Origin: an uncultured Candidatus Saccharibacteria bacterium
GTDB lineage: Bacteria; Patescibacteriota; Minisyncoccia; Phycocordibacterales; SBAW01
Assembly (NCBI GenBank): GCA_964615415.1
Contig: CAZTNI010000003.1
Location: 143,235-207,234 of the forward strand
DNA: 64,000 nt
Direction: 5' to 3'
Each line of letters opens with the position of its first letter. The first letter of the stretch is position 1. This document shows, piece after piece, positions 1 to 8,887 of the stretch. The position numbers were made by a program, and so were the translations under genes. The notes beneath the pieces were generated by a model. The model was not told the origin of the DNA and searched no databases. It saw only the letters and a program-made list of their open reading frames with translations.

Positions 1-882
1 GTACTGGCGCTCAAGGCCAATGCGCTCTAAACGGCGGTCTGCAACATGCTCAACGTACTGCTTCACCGACGCAGGCGTAAGGCCCAAGATGCCGCGTGGG
101 AGTGCATCGTCCGCATACTTCTTTTCAAGCTCTACGGCGCGCTTAATATTTTCAGTGAGCTGCGCTTTATACTCAGGTGTCCAAATTGCCGGATTTTCTG
201 CAACGATGGTGTTAATGAGGTCTGCACCGAAGGCAAGGTGTACCGACTCGTCACGCAGAATGAATTGGAACTGCTCGCCAACACCGACCATGCGGTTTTT
301 GCGCAGCATCGAGAGCATCATGGCAAAGCCTGCGTAAAAGAAGATGCCTTCCATGATCACGTAAAAGCCCACAAGGTCGTGTACGAACTTCTGAATATTT
401 TCCGTACCCTGGGTATTAAAGTTCGGGTCAAACACCGACTTCGTCATTTCTACTACAAAGTCATCCTTCTCGTGGATCGAGGGGATCGTTTGGTACATGT
501 TGTAGATCTCGTCTGGATTAAGCCCAAGCGTGTCGCAGCAGTAAATGAAGGTGTCGGTGTGCACTGCCTCTTCGTATGCTTGGCGCAGCAAGTACTGGCG
601 CGACTCTGGGTTAGTGATGTGGCGGTAAATGGCAAGTACGAGGTTGTTTGCGGTCAAAGACTCTGCAGTAGAGAAGAACCCGAGGTTCCACATGATCATA
701 CGGCGCTCGTCTTCAGAAAGGGCGCCAGCTTTCTTCCAAAGCTCAACGTCTTGCTGCATGGAGACCTCTTCCGGCACCCAGTTGTTAGCCACACCCTTTT
801 TGTAGTGCGTACGTGCCCACGGATACTTCATCGGAAGTATCTTGTTTGGATCTGTCGTCGATGCGCCGTTGATGATTGCCAT
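1..882 (-). CDS. nrdB: Ribonucleotide reductase beta subunit, class Ic (R2c)-like; 3' end outside the window
   Basis: Manual translation from ATG at 882: MAIINGASTTDPNKILPMKYPWAR...LGFFSTAESL...QAYEEAVHTDTFIY...MEGIFFY...RDESVH. These are ferritin-like dimetal motifs, and the gene lies downstream of nrdA. Absent from the ORF track because its stop codon is outside the window. Confidence 0.95.
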   Translation of the reverse strand, partial: MAIINGASTTDPNKILPMKYPWARTHYKKGVANNWVPEEVSMQQDVELWKKAGALSEDERRMIMWNLGFFSTAESLTANNLVLAIYRHITNPESRQYLLRQAYEEAVHTDTFIYCCDTLGLNPDEIYNMYQTIPSIHEKDDFVVEMTKSVFDPNFNTQGTENIQKFVHDLVGFYVIMEGIFFYAGFAMMLSMLRKNRMVGVGEQFQFILRDESVHLAFGADLINTIVAENPAIWTPEYKAQLTENIKRAVELEKKYADDALPRGILGLTPASVKQYVEHVADRRLERIGLERQY

Positions 883-998
883 ACTTGTTACTTATGAGAG
901 TAATAATTTTGTATTGGACAGTAATTTTACCAAGTGGGGGAGAAAAGGGGCAACACTTTTGCATACAAAACGCCTTAAATGGAGCCTTGTATAGGGGA

Positions 999-1027
999 TT
1001 GACAAATACACCATTTGGGTGTATAAT
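999..1027 (+). promoter_or_regulatory. Consensus sigma70 promoter
   Basis: TTGACA(999-1004)-17 bp-TATAAT(1022-1027). Confidence 0.8.
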
Positions 1028-1114
1028 TAACGCTGTCACGATGTGACCCTACACGATACCTAACCCATTTGGTATCAAGGCAATTTCGCCAGGTAGGAGC
1101 AATTGGAGGTTCAA

Positions 1115-1573
1115 ATGGGAGACCGTACGTACATTGAGAATTTCACTAGAACTTTGATGGGTCAGATCGGCACCAAAGTCGATCGCTTCATGCATCACAC
1201 TACCAAACATCTTCTCGTGCAGGAATTGGTGCCGATGTATTGGACCCGGATCCATTATCGCATCGGGCTTCTTGGAGACGAGGCTCTAGGCAAGCTTGCT
1301 TGCTCGGGGATTGGCACAACGCACGAGGTTCGTGACGTGATGTCCATGAAAGAAGTCCACGAGTTTCGGCCCGCGTGGCTTGATATGGAGCATGATGGGC
1401 GGGTAATTGTTCGCTGTGTTGCCACCACGGCTGTCATAGCCGCAATGGCTGACTATCTCTGGAATGAGAAGATGCGGCGTATCGACTTCGAGCACACCAG
1501 TGAATTCCGCGATGAAGCTCGTGCCTTCCGGCGCGGCGAGGAGATTGACCTTTCAAAGTCGTCCCTCGGCTAG
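1115..1573 (+). CDS. Hypothetical protein (orphan cassette)
   Basis: GGAGG SD just upstream of ATG 1115; has its own promoter and terminator. Confidence 0.7.
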   Translation: MGDRTYIENFTRTLMGQIGTKVDRFMHHTTKHLLVQELVPMYWTRIHYRIGLLGDEALGKLACSGIGTTHEVRDVMSMKEVHEFRPAWLDMEHDGRVIVRCVATTAVIAAMADYLWNEKMRRIDFEHTSEFRDEARAFRRGEEIDLSKSSLG

Positions 1574-1596
1574 TTCTGCTCCAATGCCCCGTGCGA

Positions 1597-1634
1597 AGAA
1601 GCCCCAGCTTCTCGCCGGGGCTTCTTTATTTTTT
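1597..1634 (+). terminator. Intrinsic terminator, probably bidirectional
   Basis: AGAAGCCCC...GGGGCTTCT stem followed by a T-rich tract, between convergent genes. Confidence 0.75.
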
Positions 1635-1646
1635 ATACTTACTTTT

Positions 1647-4600
1647 TTACGCAGAACAGCTTTCGCACGCTTCGCCTATTATTTCGATCTTTGGACGGTT
1701 TGTTGGGGCAGTGCCAAACGACGGCATTGGCGTTGCTTCAGTAAACGACGCTGCCATGACACCGCTTGGTTGTGTCGACTCTGGCATTGCTGCCTGGAAG
1801 GCAACTACCGGTGACATACTGGCCATGCCGCGCTCCATCTGGGCATAGTTGTTACCAGAAAGCTGTACCGGTGAGGGAATAGACTCCATAGGCGACGTGG
1901 TGCGCACGCTTGTCATAACCGTTTCTTCAATAATGACTGTTGAGGCAACAGGTTGAGCAGGGGTAGCGGTGTCAGACTTCGAGGTGCCGCCGAATTTTGC
2001 CAAGTTAACGGTCGACTTTTCAATGCGCGATGCGCCAAGGGTGCGGAGGTAGTACGTCGTCTTCAAACCAAGACTCCAAGCGTATTGGTAGATGTCTGAA
2101 AGTGCTTTACCCGACGTTCCGCCGTAGAAGATGTTGAGCGACTGTGACTGGTCTATCCAGCGGCCGCGGTAGGCAGCAGCCTTGATGAGCCATGCTGGGT
2201 CGATCTCAAACACTTCTTTGTATTTGTCTTTAATTGCAGGAGGGATTTCCTCGATCTCTTGAATAGAGCCGTCGTGGAACTTAATTTTCTCGAGCATATC
2301 GCTGCTCCAAAGGCCCATGCGCTTAAGGTCATCTACCAAGTATTCGTTAACCACCATAAAGTCGCCGGCCATGTTGGACTTCACGTAGAGGTTTTTGTAG
2401 ACAGGTTCGATCGTTGGGTAGCAACCTGCGATGTTTGCAGTCGTTGCGGTTGGCGCGTTAGCCATGGTGTTGCTGTTGCGCATACCCCACTGGCGTACTG
2501 CTTCGCGGACCAGTCTCCAGTCGAGCGTTTCGTGGCGAGGTACCTCAATGCGGACGCCGCGCTCCTGCTCAAGCATGCTGAGCGTGTCGTTCGGGAAGAT
2601 ACCACGATCCCACTTAGAGCCTTTGTAGGTCTCGTACGTACCGCGTTCCTTTGCAAGGAGTGCTGAGGAAAGTATCGCGTGGTAGGCAATAACCTCCATA
2701 CTCTCGTCGGAAAAGCGTACTGCGTCGTTAGAGTCGAAGTTAAGGTTGAGCTTGTAGAGCGCGTCTTGGAGACCGCGGAGTCCAAGGCCGACCGGGCGGT
2801 GCTTCATGTTCGAGCGCTTCGTCTTTTCCGTAGGGTAGAAGTTAACGTCGATAACGTTGTCGAGCATGCGCATAGCAACCGGTACGACGCGTGCCACTAA
2901 GTCGCGGTCGAAGCGACCGTTGGTGACAAAGCTGCCGAGGTTGATAGAACCGAGGTTACATACTGCGGTTTCCGTAGCAGAGTTGTTAAGCGTAATTTCG
3001 GTGCAGAGGTTTGAGTTGTGGACGACGCCAACGTGGTCCTGTGGCGAGCGGACGTTCGACGGGTCCTTCCAGGTGATCCATGGGTGGCCTGTTTCGAAGA
3101 GCATGGTAAGGTGCTTCTTCCAGAGTTCGCTTGCGCGGATTTTCTTAAACATAGGAATCTTGCCTTCCTCTGCCATACGCTCGTATTCCTCGTAGCGCTG
3201 GTCAAACTTCTTGCCGTAAATGTCATGGAGCTCTGGCACATCAGACGGAGAGAAGAGCGTCCAATAGCCGTCTTGTGCAAGACGCTTCATGAACAGGTCG
3301 GGGATCCAGGTTGCAGTGTTAAGGTCGTGTGCACGACGGCGTTCGTCGCCTGTATTTTTACGGAGCTCAAGGAAGTCTTCAATGTCCGCGTGCCAGTACT
3401 CCAGGTACACAGCAGCAGCGCCACGGCGGCGGCCAGAACGATTGATAGAAATAGTTACGTCGTTCGCAATCTTAAGGAACGGAATAACGCCCTGTGACTC
3501 TACACCAGTTGATTTGATGAGCGAGCCAGTAGCGCGAACTGGAGTCCAGTCGGTACCAACGCCGCCTGCGTACTTCAAGAGCTGCGCATTGTCTTTGTAT
3601 GAGTCGAAGATCTGGTGGAGGTCATCCGGCACAGTGTCGAGGAAGCACGAAGAAAGCTGCGGCAACTTCAAACCCGCATGGTAGAGGGTAGGAGATGACG
3701 GCATGTAGTACATCGCCGACATAATTTCGTAAAACTCTATAGCGTAGCGGTTGCGGTCTTCAGGAGTTTTTTCTGCGAGCGCACAGCCCATACCAACACG
3801 CATCCAGAACATCTGCGGGGTTTCAAGCAGGTGGCGTGTGCCGTGTACGCGGGAAAGGTAGTTTTTCTCGAGCGTTTGGAGGCCGAGGTACTTAAACTCG
3901 TTATCGCGTTCAATCTGGAGCGCGTCTGCAAGGCGTGGAAGGTCGAAGTCGAGCATGCGTGGGTCAAACTGGCCAACGTCGACACCTTTACGGATAGCGT
4001 TAATAAAGCCGTTTTTATGAGCTTCTTCAAACTTGCTGTAGTCTACTTCTCCAAGGACGTCGCGATACATAGACTGCAGGAGGAGTCGGCTCGCAACCAT
4101 AGAGTACGCAGGGTCACGTTCGATGAATGAGCGTACGACCATGATAAGAACCTCGTGGATTTCGGTGGTTTTGATACCGTCGAACATTTCCTGGCGAACC
4201 TTAGCAATAACTGCAGGGGTGTCGACTGCACGGTCATAACCTGCTGCTGCGCGCAAGAGGGTGCGGGTCAGCTTACTCTCAGAAAAGCGCTCCTTGCTGC
4301 CGTCGCGTTTGGTAATAAAGAGGGCATTTTCGACAATTTTTTCAATGACTTCTTGTTTTTTCTCCTCGCGGATCTTCTCGTGTTCGTAGCGGTAAATGAT
4401 GTACGACTTTGCTACGGTAAAATAGCCGCGTTCCATGAGAGCGTTCTCTACAAGGTCCTGGATATTCTCAACGGTCGGTATAAAAGCAGTGTTGCCGAAT
4501 TTTGCATCAATGGAATCTGCCACCACGCGAGTAATTTCAACGGCTTCAGACTCGTGTGCGTCGCCCAGTACAGCTGCAAACGCTTTTTTGACGGCTACGG

Positions 4601-4667
4601 TGATCTTTTCCGGATGAAAGTCAACGATTTCGCCATTTCTCTTTTTTACTTTTTGGGTGGTTGCCAT
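1647..4667 (-). CDS. nrdA: Ribonucleotide reductase alpha subunit, class I, with two ATP cones
   Basis: VKKRNG and ITKRDG ATP-cone starts, SSCF, NSNLCTEI, CNLGS, TTYYLR and a C-terminal CESC. Confidence 0.97.
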   Translation of the reverse strand: MATTQKVKKRNGEIVDFHPEKITVAVKKAFAAVLGDAHESEAVEITRVVADSIDAKFGNTAFIPTVENIQDLVENALMERGYFTVAKSYIIYRYEHEKIREEKKQEVIEKIVENALFITKRDGSKERFSESKLTRTLLRAAAGYDRAVDTPAVIAKVRQEMFDGIKTTEIHEVLIMVVRSFIERDPAYSMVASRLLLQSMYRDVLGEVDYSKFEEAHKNGFINAIRKGVDVGQFDPRMLDFDLPRLADALQIERDNEFKYLGLQTLEKNYLSRVHGTRHLLETPQMFWMRVGMGCALAEKTPEDRNRYAIEFYEIMSAMYYMPSSPTLYHAGLKLPQLSSCFLDTVPDDLHQIFDSYKDNAQLLKYAGGVGTDWTPVRATGSLIKSTGVESQGVIPFLKIANDVTISINRSGRRRGAAAVYLEYWHADIEDFLELRKNTGDERRRAHDLNTATWIPDLFMKRLAQDGYWTLFSPSDVPELHDIYGKKFDQRYEEYERMAEEGKIPMFKKIRASELWKKHLTMLFETGHPWITWKDPSNVRSPQDHVGVVHNSNLCTEITLNNSATETAVCNLGSINLGSFVTNGRFDRDLVARVVPVAMRMLDNVIDVNFYPTEKTKRSNMKHRPVGLGLRGLQDALYKLNLNFDSNDAVRFSDESMEVIAYHAILSSALLAKERGTYETYKGSKWDRGIFPNDTLSMLEQERGVRIEVPRHETLDWRLVREAVRQWGMRNSNTMANAPTATTANIAGCYPTIEPVYKNLYVKSNMAGDFMVVNEYLVDDLKRMGLWSSDMLEKIKFHDGSIQEIEEIPPAIKDKYKEVFEIDPAWLIKAAAYRGRWIDQSQSLNIFYGGTSGKALSDIYQYAWSLGLKTTYYLRTLGASRIEKSTVNLAKFGGTSKSDTATPAQPVASTVIIEETVMTSVRTTSPMESIPSPVQLSGNNYAQMERGMASMSPVVAFQAAMPESTQPSGVMAASFTEATPMPSFGTAPTNRPKIEIIGEACESCSA

Positions 4668-4925
4668 GAGACACTACTTACACTATTAAAAATAAGTGAC
4701 ACTGTTGGTTCGAACGGACTATTATTATACCTCTCGACCCTCTCTTTTTTTACAAAAAAATCCTGTGCATAAGAGATAGGAGCACATTTGTTGCCAAAGA
4801 CGCAAAAAATCAGTAAAAAAGTTGTTCAAACGCACTATTTTTTACTGCAGAGAGAAAATTTTCTACAAACTTGTAGGTAAAAACGGCGCGCGTCTCCCAC
4901 TTTGTGCAGTTTTACGTATCTTCAT

Positions 4926-5051
4926 CTAGCGAGAATGGCTACTCGAAGGGAGGGTAGGTGCTTGTGCAAGACGGAAGGGTCCATACACATAGGTAAGGAG
5001 CGTAAAGCCTACGATAGCAAGTATGGTCACACTAATACCCCACATTTTCAT
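4926..5051 (-). CDS. Putative 41-aa membrane peptide
   Basis: Manual translation MKMWGISVTILAIVGFTLLTYVYGPFRLAQAPTLPSSSHSR; one hydrophobic helix; follows 5080..6354 on the same strand. Confidence 0.35.
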   Translation of the reverse strand: MKMWGISVTILAIVGFTLLTYVYGPFRLAQAPTLPSSSHSR

Positions 5052-5079
5052 GAGGAAAAGTATATCACGCAGTGGCGTT

Positions 5080-6354
5080 CTAGAGCGGTGTTACGCTAAG
5101 CGTGTGGATGCGATGCGGCACGCCGCCTGGGTCGCGGCTCCACGCCTCAAGACCAACTGTGCCGCTTGCAGAGGATCCTCTTAAGTCCGCGGAAAGCACC
5201 TTTTCTCCGTTAAGGTAGCAATGGATACGATTTCCCTCTACAGCAACAGCGTGTTGCACGTTTTTCCATTGGTCGATGTTAGGAACAGGGAGTTCAGGAG
5301 CTTGTGCGAGCATGACTGATTCGCCATTGATCACCTGATAGATTTGTGCGAACGCTCCATACGCAGAGTATGCGCAGCTTGCGTAATTGGTTTCGTCAAC
5401 ATAGCGTGCAAGGAGGGTAAAGGTGGTTGGCGTGCCCCAGTCGACGGTAGTATCCATACGGTAGTTTTGCCATCCGCGACCGCCCAACAGTATCGTCGCA
5501 CTGTAGGTTTCCTGGGGCGTTAATCCAAGGAGCGCTTCTTGTGCGCTAAAGCGGAAGGTGCCGTTCGGTGCGTACCACAAACCTGCCGAAAGTGGCGTAA
5601 ACGTGATGTTGTAGGGAAGTGGTAGAGGCGTTGCTTGAGAAAGCAGTTGGGAAACTGTTGGTGCTTCGGGTCCACCTGTTACTGTTTGTTCAATCCATCG
5701 CTCGGTCGGGGTTGCATTGGAAACGAGCTTAATGGCGTCGAGGTAGACCGTGCTTGGTGCGCGCGCGATGATAGATATTGTTCCTACAGTAGCAGGTACG
5801 TAGCCACCAAAGTTTAGGAGAGGAATAGTAACCTGCTGCCAACTTCCTGTAGGGAGTGTGTGGTTCGGGAAGTACCAACCGACAGACTGACGACCAATAA
5901 GCTGATCGTTTTTGTCGTGGATTTCTACGTACAGATTGTCTACTCCTGCTTGAGCAAAAAATGCCAGCGAGACCCCGTTATAGCCTCGAGTTACGGTACC
6001 AGGACCCTCGATACCAACGCCGCCCCAGTCCTCGGTTGTAGTGAATGCAAGTCCGTGAGTGCCGTCAAAGTAGTGTGAGTCGGTTCGCCAGTTTGCACTC
6101 CCGCCCCACGCCCAGTAGTCAAACCCAAGCGGCACTGATTCCGTAAAAAAGTAGGGAGAGGTGGTAGAGACTGCTAACGTAGGAATTTGCGTATCCACGT
6201 TGTCGAGCGCGTGGGCGTTCGGGAGGACAATGGCAGGAAGTTGTTGAGGGGCGACGTATTGAATGATCCCGTACGCAGTAGCTCCGCCACCAATAATAAG
6301 AGCGGCGCATGCGGCAAAAAAGTATTTCCAGAATCGGTCAGTCTTGGTTTTCAT
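5080..6354 (-). CDS. Membrane-anchored protein with probable carbohydrate-binding/beta-sandwich domains
   Basis: N-terminal TM helix; WQQVTIPL...VYLDAIKL CBM-like motif; C-terminal ConA/DUF1080-like pattern; overlaps the stop of the GT2 gene. Confidence 0.65.
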   Translation of the reverse strand: MKTKTDRFWKYFFAACAALIIGGGATAYGIIQYVAPQQLPAIVLPNAHALDNVDTQIPTLAVSTTSPYFFTESVPLGFDYWAWGGSANWRTDSHYFDGTHGLAFTTTEDWGGVGIEGPGTVTRGYNGVSLAFFAQAGVDNLYVEIHDKNDQLIGRQSVGWYFPNHTLPTGSWQQVTIPLLNFGGYVPATVGTISIIARAPSTVYLDAIKLVSNATPTERWIEQTVTGGPEAPTVSQLLSQATPLPLPYNITFTPLSAGLWYAPNGTFRFSAQEALLGLTPQETYSATILLGGRGWQNYRMDTTVDWGTPTTFTLLARYVDETNYASCAYSAYGAFAQIYQVINGESVMLAQAPELPVPNIDQWKNVQHAVAVEGNRIHCYLNGEKVLSADLRGSSASGTVGLEAWSRDPGGVPHRIHTLSVTPL

Positions 6355-8756
6355 ATATTGCTGGTTTGCTGTTGTGTCTGAGGATTAATCGTGTTGAGGA
6401 AGAATCGCTGCGTGTCACCTACTTTAGCAAACTTGTTCCATTTGGTGCCGGTGCCTTCTATAGCGCATACTACGCCCTTGATTACGGTGTAGTAGAGAAG
6501 TTGGCGGTAGAAGACACGCTGCAGCGGTACAAAAACGAGGAGCTTCCATGCGCCGCGTTCGCCGCGGAGGCCAAAGGTAGCGTACGCGATGTCGAATGCA
6601 GTAAAGAGGAGGAAGGGTATGAGTAGTCCTTTTGCGCCAGGGAGAAGGAGCCCCACCACGAGCGCGGTGTCCATAATGGGGTAGAGGATAGGAAGAGCAA
6701 TACTAAAGATAAGATTGTGCGGCAACACCATGAACCCAATCGGACGATGCGGTTGGTCGATCATGGCACGCTTATGCTTCCAGAAGCATTGAATAGTGCC
6801 GTAAATCCAGCGGAAGCGCTGCTTGAGGAAATTTTTAAGCGTGTGCGGTGTTTCTGTGTACGCACGCGCGGTTGGCTCGTAGCGGATCTTGTAGCCAAGC
6901 TTAAGGATCGAGAGCGTCATGTCTTGGTCTTCAGCCAGGGTGCTGGTGTCGAAGCCGCCTGCATCCATAACCGCTTGGCGTCGCCAGGTTCCTGCTGGTC
7001 CAGGCACCACACCTACAGCACCAATGCGAGAGAACGCCTCTTTGTCGATATTTTGTCCCACCATGTATTCGATCGCTTGAAAACGATCGATTAGTGACTT
7101 TTGTCCCGTGGTGTAGACCTTGCCCGCTACTGCCCCAACTGCAGAGTCTGCAAAGTGGCGCACCATGGCAGTCAGTGCGCCAGGGTCAAGCGCTGCGTCT
7201 GCATCAAGCACTGCAATAAGGTCGTAGCTTGCAGCAGCACAGCCGATGTTAAGGGCGCGCGCTTTGCCGCCATTTTCAACACTAATAAGTTGAATAGCCT
7301 CGTCTGGATATTCTTTAATAACCGCCTGCACGATAAGTGGTGTGGCGTCTGTTGAGCCGTCGTCAATAACAATAAGCTCTTTCTTTTTGTGAGTGCTATG
7401 AATAAGGCTTTCAAGCGATGATCGTATATTTTCCGCTTCGTTCCAGGCAGGGATCAAGACAGAAAGCCCTTCTTCTGTGGCGCGCGCCTCGTCCCATACC
7501 ACTGCCTTTTCCCGTTTAACGAATGCAAAGATACCCAGGAGGAGTGCAACACGAGCAAGACCGAACACGAGTCCTAAAAATACCAAAACCGCAAAAGCGT
7601 TCGTGCCGTGGGCTAGGAAGTAAATAAAGCCTCGTTCAATAGCGGTGATCGGAGTTTCTTGTGTCGGCGTAGACGCGTGTGCAAGGGGGAGCGCAGGCAT
7701 TTGTGCCGATATGCTGCCGATAAGGTTGCGGGTTGCTGCGTCTGCAATGCCGGCACGGGCAAGATCCAGATCTTCAGGACTAACGAGTTTATTGCGTATT
7801 TGGAAGGAAAGCAGAGCGGCTTCAGTTTGTTCGTCGAACACGCCTGTTAATGCATACGGACTCAGTTCTCCTTGCTTGTAAAGAAACCACTGGAGCTTAG
7901 ATACGTCTCCTGCGGTTTGTGCGTTGGTCATGCCGCGGCGCAAAGTAGTGGCAAGGGTAATGTGCGACGGCGGTACAAGGAGCTCATCGAGCGTCACGAG
8001 CTGATACCCATTACCCGTAAGCCAGGTAATAATCTCATCAATATCGGCCGCAGTGTATTCGTTGTCGTGCAGGAGCACAATGTGGCCTGATTCAACGTTA
8101 TTTTGGAGGCCGTGTATCACGTCATCGGTTGATTTTGCTTGCCAGTCCTTAGTATCGATATCAATACCGACCGGAAGATAGCTTTGTTCCATGGACCATG
8201 TATTTGGCTCCAATGTTTCGATGTGTGGGTTCGGTACGCCGTCTATGCCGATCGTTAAGAGGAACGGTGGACGGTAGTAGGTTGGCTCAACCCCGGTAAT
8301 GCGTTCGATCAAAAACCCGGTGGTGTGGAGCTCAAGCGCAAGACGAACCCGCGAGCTGTGTACCTGAGGCGAGTGAGTAAAAGAGTGGTTGCCGATACCA
8401 AACCCGCGATCGCTCGCTTCTTTAACAATTTCCGGGTTTGCCAACACGTTGCTCCCCATAAAAAAGAATGTGCCCGGCACTTGGTGCTTCTCGAGCGCGT
8501 CCATGATCGTGCGCGTATAGGGGACAGTAGGTCCGTCGTCGAAGGTGAGCGCAATTTTTTTATCATTTGCGGCACTGTGGTAGTAAAAAAAGTAGTCCTG
8601 TACGTCTTGGTAGGTAACAGGTGGTCGCGTCGGGGCAAAAAAGATGAAGTGGAAAATAAACAGGAAGGAAGACGCAAGGAGAATAGCAATAACGCTTACG
8701 ACAAAAATACGAAATAGGATTTTGCGGGTTGCTGAAGCAGCGACGAAGATCGGCAT
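6351..8756 (-). CDS. Polysaccharide deacetylase / peptidoglycan-binding / GT2 synthase fusion (IcaA/PgaC-like)
   Basis: TFDDGP, NHSFTH, RPPF and LLHD (CE4); DVSKLQWFL...TGVFDEQTEAALLSFQ (PG_binding_1-like); DDGSTD, DAD, ED and QRFRW (processive GT2). Confidence 0.9.
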   Translation of the reverse strand: MPIFVAASATRKILFRIFVVSVIAILLASSFLFIFHFIFFAPTRPPVTYQDVQDYFFYYHSAANDKKIALTFDDGPTVPYTRTIMDALEKHQVPGTFFFMGSNVLANPEIVKEASDRGFGIGNHSFTHSPQVHSSRVRLALELHTTGFLIERITGVEPTYYRPPFLLTIGIDGVPNPHIETLEPNTWSMEQSYLPVGIDIDTKDWQAKSTDDVIHGLQNNVESGHIVLLHDNEYTAADIDEIITWLTGNGYQLVTLDELLVPPSHITLATTLRRGMTNAQTAGDVSKLQWFLYKQGELSPYALTGVFDEQTEAALLSFQIRNKLVSPEDLDLARAGIADAATRNLIGSISAQMPALPLAHASTPTQETPITAIERGFIYFLAHGTNAFAVLVFLGLVFGLARVALLLGIFAFVKREKAVVWDEARATEEGLSVLIPAWNEAENIRSSLESLIHSTHKKKELIVIDDGSTDATPLIVQAVIKEYPDEAIQLISVENGGKARALNIGCAAASYDLIAVLDADAALDPGALTAMVRHFADSAVGAVAGKVYTTGQKSLIDRFQAIEYMVGQNIDKEAFSRIGAVGVVPGPAGTWRRQAVMDAGGFDTSTLAEDQDMTLSILKLGYKIRYEPTARAYTETPHTLKNFLKQRFRWIYGTIQCFWKHKRAMIDQPHRPIGFMVLPHNLIFSIALPILYPIMDTALVVGLLLPGAKGLLIPFLLFTAFDIAYATFGLRGERGAWKLLVFVPLQRVFYRQLLYYTVIKGVVCAIEGTGTKWNKFAKVGDTQRFFLNTINPQTQQQTSNI

Positions 8757-8887
8757 GATGCAGTAAGACAGATACTAGTCAGAAGAATATGAAACGAATA
8801 TGTGACGATTGCTATTGTTGTACTTCGATAGTATACCTCAGCAACTGCTAGACAAGTAGGTATTTTTTTGGGTATAACACTTCGACA

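Noticed and set aside
46-897. 283-aa plus-strand ORF
   Set aside because: Antisense shadow of nrdB, which carries clear RNR beta motifs on the minus strand.
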